Positions 1-12,894 of a DNA stretch of 64,000 nt are shown here, piece by piece. The stretch is from contig OZ024742.1 in NCBI GenBank assembly GCA_964016885.1, positions 86,676,001 to 86,740,000 on the forward strand, given 5' to 3'. The DNA is from Eledone cirrhosa (Eukaryota). The position numbers and the translations under genes were made by a program. Numbering within the stretch: position 1 is the first letter of the stretch; each line of letters opens with the position of its first letter. The notes below the pieces were generated by a model. The model was not told the DNA's origin. It searched no databases and saw only the letters and a program-made list of their open reading frames with translations.

Positions 1-659
1 AATATAAACAAAAAAATCACAATAACAACAAGAAATTTAAATTTAAATATAAACGCGATGAAACTAAATATTTTACACTATGTAATTAAAGCCAATAGTT
101 GTTACACCAAACACATAGCAAACCAATTTACAATTACAATTATCGTACTCTTAAGATGTCAAATGTAATTTTATATATTTTAAATTCTTGACGTTCACAT
201 GTGAAAATAACGAAGAGAATAAAGAATTAATGAGAATGCAAATGAGTTATTTACTATATAGGTAATTACGTGTCTTCCTCGAAAACAACATGCACAAATC
301 AATGAAGTAAGCACAGGAGTGAATTATTAATACAGCGAAACTTCAATAGAAATTGGTGGCTAAACAAAAATGGCATGCATACATTCACAGATAGGCATAC
401 GCACACTTTAAACCTGTAACGTCGTAGGAGTTCCACCACAGTGATACACACACAGAGGCGGAAACACACAGTCACACACAGAAGTGATAATCACCACAAA
501 AGGACGAAATGGTGCACAATAGAACAAAGAGGAAACAGAGATGAGAAGAATGATCATTGTGTAATTCACAGGATGCGTGAGGAAGGATGTTTGATGATTA
601 ACTTGATAGTTACATTTAAACAACTGGGATGCAGGAGAACCATGGTTTTCTAGGGTGGG

Positions 660-1795
660 AGGTTGTTGGGCAGGTTCCGTTGGTGGCGGTTCATCTGCTG
701 TCAGCACCCGATACGTAGAGGGGTGGGCATGCCGTGGCAAATGATGAGGAAACATGCGCCGAGGCTTCAGGATCTTCGGATATTCTCCTTAAAAGTTGAA
801 CAGGGGAGGACACCGTTGTGATACGGGCTTTTTTGCAGCTCGTCTCTTTGACTGAGCAGCAGTCCTGGGTCAAGAAGCGACTGAGTCTGGGCACCTGGCA
901 TATGGAATGTTTCCAGGCGCTCACTGCTCATTACCAGGCGGGCAATGCGGTCAGTGTGATCCTACTCTAGTACTATAGTGGAGGAATAGTGGGCATTGCA
1001 ACGATGCACTCGGAGGGGCTCTAGGCGCTGTCTAATTCGAAATGACCAGTCTGTTTCAGAGGTCTTTCGAGACGGGGACTATGGATAATTTCCAAAAATC
1101 ACTCGCTTGGCAGGACTACAGAGGAGCACTTCTGATTCGGGATGAACAGGTAGGGAAGTGCTGTAAGACAGACCTGTCTCAGATGCGCGCAGTGTGACGA
1201 AACCGTTCTGCCCGCAGTCGTTATGTGTCCGTGCATTGCTGACATGAGGAGTTATGTCGAACAACTGTTCCCGCAGGTAGAACAAGCAGAACGGATCCGG
1301 CTTTCGACCGAGTCTATACAGAAGATCACCCCCTCCTCTTCGGCCGTGAAAGGAGGTAATTTTCGACTGTTTGGTGGGGGTAGCGAAATAGCCTATGTGG
1401 TGGACTAGGGTGAAAGAACTGATGTCATACATGTTTCTCTTCGGCCATTCCCTCATTGACTTTTTCAAGTTTCATTTGGAAATGAAAATGAGGAAAAGGA
1501 GATAATGTATTTGCTAACAAGTGGGTGAATGTGGTGAGTAAGACTCTGAGCATGCGTCTGATGGCTGGCTAATTTGAAGGGGAGATAGCTACCCTTTTGC
1601 AGGATTCCTGGAAGCGTCCGGGGATTCATGTTTGGGCAGTTATCCCCTCTATAGGGGAATTATGTTTGTCATTTTCTTGTGTTTTTGTTATAGCCTTTAT
1701 ATATGTTTTACTCTATTTCATTGTAAACCACCACTGGCTCTCTCTTTATTTATTGTCCCCTGCATGTATGCCCTTGAGGCCTATAAACAAATAGT
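660..1795 (+). mobile_element. Tx1/L1-clade LINE, decayed 3' fragment (post-RT region, zf-RVT, 3' UTR)
   Basis: Collinear with 4545-5745 (e.g. gggcatgccgtggc, gacgaaaccgttctgc); ends gcccttgaggcctataaac followed by (TTA)n. Confidence 0.8.
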
Positions 1796-1821
1796 TATTA
1801 TTATTAATATTATTATTATTA
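1796..1821. repeat. (TTA)n microsatellite joining a Tx1 3' end to a Dong 3' end
   Basis: ttattattattaatattattattatt read directly. Confidence 0.9.
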
Positions 1822-2995
1822 TAGTTGATTTTATCTTGCTTTATGTTAATACGAGTTATCACCAAGTCACAACCAGTGACCTTAAGAGACAACAAGGTCC
1901 GCCATGTTCAAAGAAAGAACATACATACACACACATGCATCTTTAGGTGCTTAGACTTGTGACGTACTTATATTGACAGAATCTTCCTTAGTATATGGGC
2001 AGTTCCTATTAGTACTATATTTTGTATTTCTCCTATTTTTCCTGGGATTTGTGATAAGTAATCATTAGACCCCTTGGGTATCATTCCTAGAGCGCCTACA
2101 ACCACTGGTATTGTTTTAGTTCTCAACTTCCACATTTTTCAAATTTTTATCTCCATTTTTGCTCACTTTTTCAGATTTTTTTATAGATTGATTCTTGTCT
2201 ACTGGAACGGACATATCAATTAGTAGGCATACCCCTTTTTAAAGTCCTTAAGTATTATATCAGGTATATTTGCATCTATTTCTCGGTCTGTATGGATGCT
2301 AAAATTCCACAAGATTGAGATGTCATCTTTTTCATGTACGAGAGATGTTGATGCTCCCACAAATTCTTTTGATGGGACAGGTCAAAATTCTTACACATTA
2401 TCCAATGTATGTGTTGTGCCTGCTTAACTATTCGCTTGGAGCTCTAGGACTGCACATTGAAATTATATGTTCAAAGGTCTTTGGTTGTTTTTTATATAAA
2501 CGGCATAATGGGTTGCATCAACCTTTTTTTATGTTGGCTTGATAATTTTTTGTTGGCAGACACTTATCCTGTGCTGAGATAATCAGTCCTTCAGTCTCCG
2601 ATTTCAGTCCAGAGGATGCCAACCACTGATGGGTTAAAGTGTTATCTACATCAGGATTGGTAGCTCTTTTTGGGTATTTTCAATACAGAGACATTTCTTG
2701 CCATTTCTTAGCCAGTTTCTATAGCAGTTCTTTCTTTGCAGTTACTTTTACCTGCTTTGTTTTTCTGTGTTTTTTTTATTTCAGTAGTAAATGAAACTTC
2801 TGAAATTTGTACTTCATTACTATATCTTTGAACTTCTTTTGTAATGGAGTATGATCTTTTGATGCTTTCGTGTTTCAAAACGAGTTTGATCATCCAATCA
2901 TATGATTCACTTAGATATGTAGATAATACAACTGTTGAAGTTTCAACGCAATATCTAACTGGATTAACCCACGCCCTCCTTCTTTCCTAGAGTGA
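1822..2995 (-). mobile_element. Dong/R4-clade non-LTR element family A, 5'-truncated, decayed
   Basis: Reverse complement matches the REL region and 3' UTR of 7748-8685 (ttgaacatggcggaccttgttgtctctt). Confidence 0.85.
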
Positions 2996-2999
2996 GATA

Positions 3000-5388
3000 T
3001 TCTATGTGAGGTGGAGTGGCAGTGCTGTTTAGGAAAGGCCTATTTCTCGAGGTAAGGTCGATCTTCCGGAACCCGGAGGCAAAGTTGATGGTACTGACGT
3101 GATCAATAGCAAATGTGGTGCCTTTAGACTGGGGGTCGTCTACCCCTCTACCGGGGCCCGCATTGCAGAAGCGCAGCGTGCTAATAAAACCTCAATTCTG
3201 TCTTTGCCGGACCAAGACGGATACGAGCTCAGCGATTCCAAGCACATGTATGAGGCCTTTCGCCAACATTTTGCTCGGTTGTTCAGGGGAAGTGGCGGGT
3301 CAGAGACGGTGACGGACTTCAATCCCTACATCGATGGCTTGCCACAACTCTCAACGGCCGATGCTGAGCGCTGCGAAAGGCCAATTACTTCATCCAAGAT
3401 TCAGGATGCCATTGCTGGCTGCATGAGGCAAAATTCACCCGGTTTGGATGGCCTGTCCTACGAGCTTTACATAAATATGCCAGACATGTTCTCCGATCTC
3501 ATCGAAGCGCTCTACTGCAACTGGCAGCCGAACGGGAGTATTCTTAATTCTGTGAGACGGAGCGTAGTGACGCTGATTAGGAAAGACGAGAATAAGAGGC
3601 ACACATTAAACAATGTCAGGCCCATAACTATGCTCAACACAGAGTTTAAGAGTTTGGACAAGGTGTTAGCGAAGAGGTTTGCATTTGTCGTCGAAGATTT
3701 GGTTGGGGAGACGCACACTTGCGCAATCCCGACCAGGTCCATACACGACAACCTCCACCTGATGCGATGCAGCATAGGGAGGGTAGGGTGTAAACCAGGC
3801 TTCAGTGGGGCTCTGATCAATTTAGATCAATCGAAAGAATACGATATGTTCGACCACCGGTACCTGGATGCTATCATCGAGGCAGCTGGCTTCGGCTCCG
3901 TCTTCAGAAGCTGGATTGCTGCACTGCGCAGTGGCATCTACTCAGTGGTCAAAGTTAATGGCCACCTCTAGGAACTGTTTTAGATATCGCGATCGGTCCG
4001 GCAAGGGTGCACTCTCTCCTCCATTCTGTACGTATTGACTCGCGAGCCTTTACTGTGGAGGCTCAAGCTGTTGCAGGGCATCAATCTCGAACTGGGATGC
4101 GGAAAGGCTGTGTCGGCTTATGCGGACGACATCACCGTGATGGTGTCGGACACCTCAGAAACCGACGTGGTCGGCAAGTTATTGGAGGAATATGAAATTT
4201 TGACGCGAGTAAAACTTAATCCGGCTAAGTCAGTGGGCTTGCAACTCGGCACCTGGAGAGGCAAGACCATGCCGTCGAACAGCGTCGTTGGGCACTGGAC
4301 GGACTGACCGGTAACGTTGCACGGGGGTTTGGTTCCGGCCGGACTTCCAGATGGATACGAATTGGGACATGGTGACGGGCAGGGTAGACAGTCTCACCCA
4401 GAAATGAGCTGCAATGAAGCTATCACTGACAGGTCGAGCGGAGATGGCGAACGCGTATATCGCGTCCGTCATCTACTACCGCCTGGCCGTCGTCACTTGC
4501 TACCGTTCGCGCCTCACCAACTTGGAACTGTTCCTCTTCAAATGTTTGTGGAGGGGCAGCTTCCGTTTGTGAAGCAGTGCATCTGCTGCCAGTAGCCTCT
4601 ACGTGGAGGGCTGGGCATGCCGTGGCTAATGATGCGCAGACATGCGCTGAGACTGCGACAACTCCAGGTATTCTGCCTAAACGGAGAACAGGGATGGTCG
4701 CCGTTTGTCAGACCGGCCTTTCCGCAGCTCGTCTCTTTGTCTGAGCTACTGTCCTGGGTCAATAAGTTACCGAGACTGGGTGACTGACATGTGGAATGTT
4801 GCCAAGCACTCACTCCCCTCTACCAGGCGGGCAATGTTGTCAGTGGAACTTCCACTCTCGAGTTCTATAGAGGATTAGCGAAGAAGCATTTGCAGAAGCT
4901 CTGGGCGTCGACGAAGTCGAACTAACCACTCTGTTTAGGAGGACTTTCGAGTCGGGGACGATGGATAATTTCCAAAAAGTTCCTCGCGTGGCAGTGTTAA
5001 CGGAGGGGGGGGGGGACACTGCCAGTTCGAGATAAACTCTACAGGCACGGAAGTGCTGTCAGACGGCCCTGCCCGAGATGCGCGTAGAGCGACGAAACCG
5101 TTCTGCACGCACTCGTTCAGTGTCCGTGCATTACTGACTTGTGGAGTTATGTCCAACAGCTACTGTCGCGTGTAGAACGGATCCGGCTATCGGCCGAGTC
5201 CATAGTGAATAACGATCCGCCGCCTTCCCTTGGTCAGGAAAGGCAGGCAATTTTCCTCTCTCTGGTGGCAGTAGCGAAACAGGTTGAAAGGACTGAAGAC
5301 AGACACTTTTGTCTTCGGCCAACACCTCATCAACTTATTCAAGTTTCACTTGGAATGTAAGGTGAGGCTGGTGAGAAAAATGCTGCCC

Positions 5389-5419
<31 letters not shown>

Positions 5420-5745
5420 AAAATAATAATTACATTTGCTGAAAGGTGGGTGAATGTGGCGAGAATAGCTGGTGTGAGTGGACCTATTCTGAACATGCGC
5501 CTGTAGGTGGGTGAATTTGAAGATAAAGGGGTGCCCTTCCCGGGTGCTCTCGAAGCGTCGGGTAGTTCATGATTGGTGAGGTTCCTGAGTGAATCATGGG
5601 TGGTCATCCCCTATTGGGGAACTTTTCTTGTTGCTTTGTTATTGTTATTCATATTGTGTACACGTTGTATATGTAAACCCCCACTGTCCCAGTCTTTTGT
5701 ATTGGCCCCTATATGCGGCCCTTGTGGCCAATAAATGAAATCATT
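3000..5745 (+). mobile_element. Tx1/L1-clade LINE, internally deleted (APE stub fused to RT, zf-RVT, 3' UTR)
   Basis: APE-like GGVAVLFRKG...FRLGVVYP; RT motifs SPGLDG, RPITMLN, LDQSK, AYADDI; C-terminal LAWQC...ETVLHALVQC; (TTA)n after the 3' end. Confidence 0.9.
3099..3971 (+). pseudogene. Tx1-type ORF2 fragment (N-terminal part of RT)
   Basis: 290 aa ORF with SPGLDGL, RPITMLNTEFK, ALINLDQSKEYD; continues in broken frames to AYADDI at 4035-4307. Confidence 0.85.
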
Positions 5746-5754
5746 ATTATTATT

Positions 5755-5796
<42 letters not shown>
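5746..5796. repeat. (TTA)n-(TAA)n inverted microsatellite junction between two tail-to-tail Tx1 copies
   Basis: cattattattattattaataataataat read directly. Confidence 0.9.
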
Positions 5797-5797
<1 letters not shown>

Positions 5798-7583
5798 CTT
5801 TCTTTATTAACCACAAGGGTTTACATAAAGTAGATATTAAGGACAGTACAGGACAATACAGGACGGTACAAATGGGCATTTCGCGTGTAAAAAAAGAGGA
5901 TGTAATAAAAAAATAACAATGAAAAATTCCCCAATAGGGAGGAGACTTCCGAGGGACATTTGGGGAGAAAGCCCATTAAAAGGCCACAGTGACACTGACC
6001 ACCAGGGCAAGTGCCCTCTCCCATTTTTCCACCTTTAATTTACAGACACATACTCAGAGTAGTCCCATTGACTCGGGCCATACTTGATTCTCTCACCCAT
6101 CTTTCAACAAAATGCTGGGAAGAGAGCACTTCCCTCTCTACCCTAATTTTCCTTTTCAAATGAAATTTGAAAAGGTTAATCAAGGCATCACCGAAGAGGT
6201 GAGTGCTCATCTTCAGCCCTTTCAAATGTATCCACCATACTATCTATTTCGCCATGGCCACCAGACAGATAAAACCTCCCTGCCCCTCCCGGCTAAAGGA
6301 AGAGGGCGGGGCAATCCTCACGATTGACTCAGTTGATAGCTGGATCCGTCCTACACGCGACAGCAGGTGTTCGACAAAAACCCATAAGTCAGCAATGCTC
6401 GGACACTGGACTAGTGCGTGCAGGACGGTTTCGTCGCCCTGCGCGCATCTCGGGCATACCCGGCTAACGGCACCTCCATGCCTGTAGAGATTATCCCGAA
6501 CTGGCGAAGCTCCTCGGTAGCACTGCCAAGCCAGGGATTTCTGGATGTTGTCCATAGGCCCGGCCCGAAAGTTCTTCCGAAGAGATTGGCTAGTTGATTT
6601 TCGTCGACGCCTAGAGTTTCCCCAAATACGTCGTCGCGATTCCCCTCCACTAATCATCTATAGAACGCCGAGGTGTAGTTTCCACCGATCACATTGCCCG
6701 ATTGGTCGAGGGCTGTGAGCGCCTGAAGACATTCCAGTCGCCAAGCGCTCCCTCTCGGTCTTCGCTTGACCCAGGACTGCAGCTATGTCAAGGAGACGAG
6801 CTGGGGGAAAGACGCGTCTAGCAAACGGAGACCACACCGTCGAGGGAGAGGTGGAGATGTCGTAGCCTGAGCGCGTGTCTGCGCATCATCAGCCACGGCA
6901 TGCCCAGCCATCCACGTAGCGGATGTTGACAGCAGATGGACCGCCTGACCATCGGAGCGCGTCCAAACCACAAAAAGCTACGGATCAAACGCTCCAGCGC
7001 AGTCAGGCGGGGCTTATGACAAGGTAAGACGGTCAGGCAGTAGTAGATGACGGACGCGATGTACGCGTTAGCCACCTCCCTCGTCCTTTCAGGGATAGCT
7101 TCCTCTCCGCCGATTTCTGGGAAAGAGAAGCCAGCCTGTTAATCACCTCGTCCCAGTTTTTGTCTGTCTGGAAATCCGGACCGAACTAGACCCCTAGCAA
7201 TTTAACCGGTCCGTCCGTCCAGCGTCAGACGACGTTGTTGAACGGCATGGACCTGCCTCTCCAGGTGTCGAGCTGCAGGCCCACTGACTTTTACTGGTTG
7301 ATCATTGGTCCTGTCACTGCTTCGTATTCTCTTAGTGTAGTGGCGATTGCCTCGATGTGTTTGGTGTTCGACACCACTACAGGGACGTCGTCCGCATATG
7401 CTGACACGGATCTTCCGAATCCTAGTTCGCACGGGACCCCTCTCAACGTCTCCACTTTGTGCCGTAATGGCTAGAGAGTCAATACGTACAAAAGGGACGT
7501 AGGGGACATCCCTGGCGGACCGAGCGCATGATGTTGAACGGTTCCGAAAGGTAACCGTTCACTCTCACCACATAGTAGATGTC

Positions 7584-7584
<1 letters not shown>
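5797..7584 (-). mobile_element. Tx1/L1-clade LINE, 5'-truncated inside RT
   Basis: Minus-strand VRVNGYLSEPF..RSVRQGCPL, QKSLAWQCYRGA..CPRC..ETVLHALVQC; both ends abut (TAA)n. Confidence 0.9.
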
Positions 7585-7625
<41 letters not shown>

Positions 7626-7690
7626 AATTTGATATTCATTCCAACGGACTTTCCAGTTAACCAACATCAATGACTGAGATTCAAGGAATA
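7626..7690 (+). mobile_element. ~65-bp 3' tip of Dong/R4 family B between (TAA)n tracts
   Basis: tgatattcatt...actttccagttaaccaacatcaatgactgaga matches 16431-16480. Confidence 0.75.
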
Positions 7691-7695
7691 ACAAC

Positions 7696-7747
<52 letters not shown>

Positions 7748-7749
<2 letters not shown>

Positions 7750-8685
7750 GAAAGAACTGCTACAGAAACTGGCTAAGAAATAGCAAGAAAAGCCTCTGTA
7801 TGGAAAATACCCAGAGCGAGCTAACAATCCTGATGTTGACAAAACTTTAACCCATCAGTGGTTGGCATCCTCTGGACTGAAATCGGAGACTGAAGGACTG
7901 ATTATATCCGCACAAGATCAGTGTCTGCCAACAAAAAATTACCAAGCCAACATAATAAAAAATGGGTGCAGCCCATTATGCCGTGTATGCAAAAAACAAC
8001 CAGAGACCATTGACCATATAATTTCAATGTGCAGTCCTATAGCTCCAACCGAATACCTAAACAGGCATGACAGAGCTGCACAATACATACATTGGATAAT
8101 GTGCAAGCATTTTGACCTGCCCCATCAAAAGAATTGGTGGGAGCATCAACCACCTCCCATACTTGAAAAAGATCACATCTCAATCTTGTGGAACTTTAGC
8201 AACCAAACAGACCGAAAAATAGATGCAAATAGACCTGATATAATATTGAAGGACTTTCAAAGGAGGGTATGCCTGCTAATTGATATGTCTGTTCCAATAG
8301 ACAAGAATGTATCTATAAAAACATTTGAAAAATTGAGCAAGTATAAGGACCTGGAGATAGAAATTGGAAAAATGTGGAAATTGAGAACTAAAACAATACC
8401 AGTGGTTGTAGGCGCTCTGGGAATGATACCTAAGGGGTCTAACGACTACTTATCGCAAATCCCAGGAAACCCGCGTATAGGAGAAATACAAAAGATAGTA
8501 CTAATGGGAACTGCCCATATACTAAGGAAGATCCTGTCAAAATAAGTACATCACAAGTCTAAACACTAAGGATGCATGTGTGAATATGTGTGTTCTTTCT
8601 TGAACATGGCGGACCTTGTTGTCTCTTGAAGTCACTGGTTGTGACTTGGTGATAACTCGTATAAACATAAAGCAAGATAAATGCA
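7748..8685 (+). mobile_element. Dong/R4 family A, 5'-truncated, in (TAA)n
   Basis: CCHC knuckle plus REL endonuclease, 3' UTR, (TAA)n on both sides. Confidence 0.9.
7862..8545 (+). CDS. C-terminal zinc knuckle and restriction-like endonuclease of Dong/R4 element (partial)
   Basis: CRVC..ETIDHIISMC, RHD, NRPDIIL..LLID..P..EKLSKYKDL, IPVVVGALG. Confidence 0.85.
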   Translation: MASSGLKSETEGLIISAQDQCLPTKNYQANIIKNGCSPLCRVCKKQPETIDHIISMCSPIAPTEYLNRHDRAAQYIHWIMCKHFDLPHQKNWWEHQPPPILEKDHISILWNFSNQTDRKIDANRPDIILKDFQRRVCLLIDMSVPIDKNVSIKTFEKLSKYKDLEIEIGKMWKLRTKTIPVVVGALGMIPKGSNDYLSQIPGNPRIGEIQKIVLMGTAHILRKILSK

Positions 8686-8726
<41 letters not shown>

Positions 8727-8764
8727 GAAGAAGAAGAAGAAAAAGAAAATAAATGGAAGAAAAC

Positions 8765-9122
8765 ACCCTCTGTCTACACTATATAAAACAGCCAAATAAC
8801 AGCAATTTCACCTGCATCAGAAACTTGATACACCACCTACACCATCACCTCGCTGTGTACACTAAATATAACAGCCAGATAACGGCAATTTCACCACCAC
8901 CACCACCAATCCCAGCATCATAATAATAATTACTATTATTATTGTCTCAAGTTTTAACAAAACGTTATAATCCAATTTTACGGGAATATGTCAACACAAT
9001 ATAAATTAAACATACGCGACACAAACGCATAGATACTACAGATAAAACAAAACTATCTATTTAACACATATATTAAACATACCCGACACAAACGCATAGA
9101 TACTACATATAAAAAAAAACTA
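8765..9122. repeat. Two short local direct duplications (~42 bp and ~51 bp)
   Basis: tacact..aacagcca..gcaatttcacc at 8771 and 8855; attaaacatac..acacaaacgcatagatactac at 9005 and 9072. Confidence 0.6.
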
Positions 9123-9595
9123 GGCCACTCAACAAAATTCAGTAACGACAACGCCACCGCCGCCACCACTCCATCCATCATTGCTACCACTATCCCATCA
9201 CCGCCGCCACTACTCCGTCATTGCTACCACTACTATTCCCCTGTTAACTTAAGAAAGGGGAAGATGGCGGTATCACTAGACAAGGGAGAGGCTAGCAAAA
9301 GATATAAATAGATTGACTTAGTGACCTGGCCACCGGCAAAACGTCAGCAACTATGGCACTGCTGGCTCCCCCGTTCCTCACCAACAATAAAAAAAGCCCC
9401 AGCAACACCACCGACATAGACAACAACAATAACAGGCAACTTCAGCAAAAAGTATATTATGTAATGCACTTGGTGATTTCTGGCCTTGTGCCTGGAGTGG
9501 AGACAATTATTAATAATTTCATTCTTAAGCCACGCAATGCTCACATTAAGGAACCACTCATGATAATAACAATTTAAAAAAACAACAAAAAGAAA

Positions 9596-12565
9596 ACCCC
9601 GTGACCAAGAAATACCGGGATGGCGGCCGGCGGGGAATAGCCGTGTCTCTAGGGGAGAACGACCCCTCTAGTCTTGGTTGACACTCGTTCTAGAAGTGGT
9701 AACACGAAATGATTACCCCTTGGCGGATAAGGATAAAACGCGACAAAATAAAGTAAATGTCTAATGATAACATCTCATACCGGATCGGCCGTCACCCGGG
9801 TAAAAAAGGGCCGCGTCCCTCAGAGAGGAACCAGACTGGGGTCGAAAAATCAGCTAATGGTTCAAACCTTCCCATCACTTCTGAGCTGGAGACCTCCCAT
9901 AATCGGAATACTCCTACTGTTGGCCCTCCATGCTCACCACCAGGAAAACCAAAGAAAAAGAGAGAAAAATGGTCAAGGGAAGATAATAAAGAAGTCCTTG
10001 AGGCTTTCTACACTGCCATGTACTACCCATCAAATACATCGAATATAGAACAGACATATATCAACTGGAAAAAGAAACATCCCGAAAACAGAGGCTATAT
10101 TGACAGTAACAAACTAGCCAATATACGAAGAAATATTGTAAGAAAAAAGTTACTAACTGATATAGAAATTGATCAGATCAAGCTATTAGCACAAAGTCAG
10201 CGAAGGGAAAATGAAACATGTGTCAATGAAAACGAGGTAAAATGTAACACTTCGAATCCCAGAGTTGGGGCGGAATCACTGGCAACAGAACAAATTAAAG
10301 AAAGGATCGAAAAAGTGGAGGGAGTGCATGCTCAAAATGAAACTCCAAATAAAAATAATGAGATCGTAAATGAGAAAGAAATGAATGAGAATGAACTTGC
10401 CAACTTGAAGGATGAAATTATGATCGAATGGATGAAAATGAAAGAATCTGACATGGGACAACGAGACACCCTCCCTAACTCCAAACAGAACCAAAAGATA
10501 ATACACAAGACTAACATAATTCTCAAACACATTATCATCACAAACAAACTAAACATTACTGATTTAAATCATCTCTATTATGCATCGGCTAAAGTCACCA
10601 CTCACTTATATGAAGTGAAGATGAAAAAACAAAGGAATTCCCACAATAAATCTACTTGGCAAGAGAACATCAATCGCCAAATAGACCTTCTCCGGTCTGA
10701 GATAGAAATTTTAACAAACTATAAAGTAGGTGAACATGTTAAACAAACTAAACTTAGAAAATTGAAAAGAAAGTACAGTATAAAATCAACAAGTAACATA
10801 GACATGCTGATAGAAATAATCAAGCAAAAAGTGTCGGCCAAAGCTGCTCGTATAAGGCGCTTTGCAAAACGATCTAGATTCTATAAGGACAATAATATGT
10901 TCAAAAACAACCAAAGAAACTTCTACAGAAAAATTGGTAAGTCAACAATAACTGTTAAATAAATACCACCCAAGGAGGAAGTGCAAGTGGGAAAAGATCT
11001 GGGCCGAAGAAAAAGTTCATAACATACATGCCCCATGGATAGACAGACAAATGAAAGATACAGCTCACCTTGAGGAACACATATGGGAAAATATAACAGT
11101 TGAACAGTTGCGCTTGGCTCTAAGAAAAACCAGGAAATGGAAATCCCCAGGAAAAGACAAAATAGAAATTTTTTTGATAAATGCCTTCACAGAGTCTCTT
11201 GAGCTGTTAGCCCAACTTTACAATGAAATAGTTAAGGAGCCAGAAAAGATACCATCATGGCTAGTTAACGGCATTACATTCCTGCTTCCGAAGAATGATG
11301 AGACAAACAATCCCAAAAATTACAGACCGATAACTTGCTTGACCACAATGTATAACATTTTAACATCAGTCCTAACTGAATACACATATGACCACCTGAT
11401 AACAAATGACCTATTTCCCATTGAGCAGAAAGGGTGTAAACGAGGCTCATATGGCTGTAAGGATCAGCTTTTGGTTAACAAAATGATACTGGAAGATTGT
11501 CATAATAGACACAAAAATCTATCGATTGCTTGGATAGATTATAAAAAAGCATTCGATAGTGTGCCACACAGTTGGATTGAAAAATGTTTAGAGATTTTCA
11601 AAATATCCCCCGTTGTCAGGAGTTTCTTGTCATTCAGTATGAAGACATGGAAAACGACACTCCTTTTTAATAGTGAAACAAAATGACTGGAAGCTGGAGA
11701 AGTTAATATTAATTGTCGAATTTTTCAGGGTGACTCTTTATCTCCGCTTTTATTCTGCATCGGACTTATACCATTAAGTAAAATGCTCAATGAAACAAAA
11801 CATGGATAGAAAGTCTATGACAAAACCATTAATCACTTGTTCTACATGGATGACCTGAAACTATATGCAAAAAATGATGAACAATTGCAAGGGCTATTAT
11901 CAACTGTGGAGCTGTTCAGTGATGACATTAAAATAGAGTTTGGACTAGATAAATGCGCCAAAGCAACGATCACCAGAGGAAAGATGCTGAAGAGTTCAGA
12001 CATTAATCTTGATCAGACATTAATCTTGATCTCCCATACTTGAAAAAGATCACATCTCAATCTTGTGGACATTTAGCATCCAAACAGATAGAAAAATATA
12101 TCCAAATAGACCTGATATAATATTGAAGGACTTTAAAAGAGGGTATGCCTGCTAATTGATATGTCTGTTCCAATAGACAAGAATGTATCTATAAAAACAT
12201 TTGAAAAATTGAGCAAGTATAAGGACCTGGAGATAGAAATTGGAAAAATGTGGAAATTGAGAACTAAAACAATACCAGTGGTTGCAGGGGCTCTGGGAAT
12301 GATACCTAAGGGGTCTAATGATTACTTATCGCAAATCCCAGGAAACCCGCCTATAGGAGAAATACAAAAGATAGTACTAATGGGAACTGGCCATATACTA
12401 AGGAAGATTCTGTCAATATAAGTACATCACAAGTCTAAACACTAAAGATGCATGTGTGAGTATGTATGTTCTTTCTTGAACATGGCGGACCTTGTTGTCT
12501 CTTGAGGTCACTGGTTGTGACTTGGTGATAGCTCGTATGAACATAATGCAAGATAAATGCAACTG
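9596..12565 (+). mobile_element. Dong/R4 family A, near full length with internal deletion between RT and REL
   Basis: GC-rich 5' UTR; ORF pieces 9757-10962, 11051-11686 (WKSPGKD, YRPITCL, EQKGC, WIDYKKAFDSVPH), 11837-12043 (FYMDDLKL), 12161-12421 (REL end); (TAA)n tail. Confidence 0.9.
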
Positions 12566-12584
12566 TAATAATAATAATAATAAT

Positions 12585-12705
12585 ATTTTCTTTATTAACC
12601 CCAAGGGTTTACATAAAGTAGACATTAATGACATTACAGGACAATACAGGACGGTACAAATGGGCATTTCTGCGTGCAAAAAAAAAGAGAATGTAATTAA
12701 ATAAC
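12585..12705 (-). mobile_element. ~120-bp Tx1 3' tip in (TAA)n
   Basis: Near-identical to 5800-5915. Confidence 0.8.
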
Positions 12706-12894
12706 AAATAATAATAATAATAATAAAACGAAAAACGTAAAGAAAAGAAAAATGAAGAGATAAACAAACAGACGGACAGAGAAGGGAAGGGAAAAACTAA
12801 GTCAGACAGTCAAACATTACATTACAAAGAAACTTATGCTTATTCTTTTTTTGAGTTTTTTTGCCTGTTTTTTTGTTTGTTTATTTATGTTCGT

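Noticed and set aside
408-755. Short ORFs at the window start
   Set aside because: Partly overlap the Tx1 fragment; no motifs
5385-5422. Poly-C/poly-A run (also poly-G at ~5005)
   Set aside because: Homopolymer expansion inside a dead Tx1 copy or a sequencing artefact
9596-9756. HDV-like ribozyme in the Dong A 5' UTR
   Set aside because: Hairpins are present (gaccaaga/tcttggtt, ctagggg/cccctctag) but I could not order them into the HDV topology with a catalytic C
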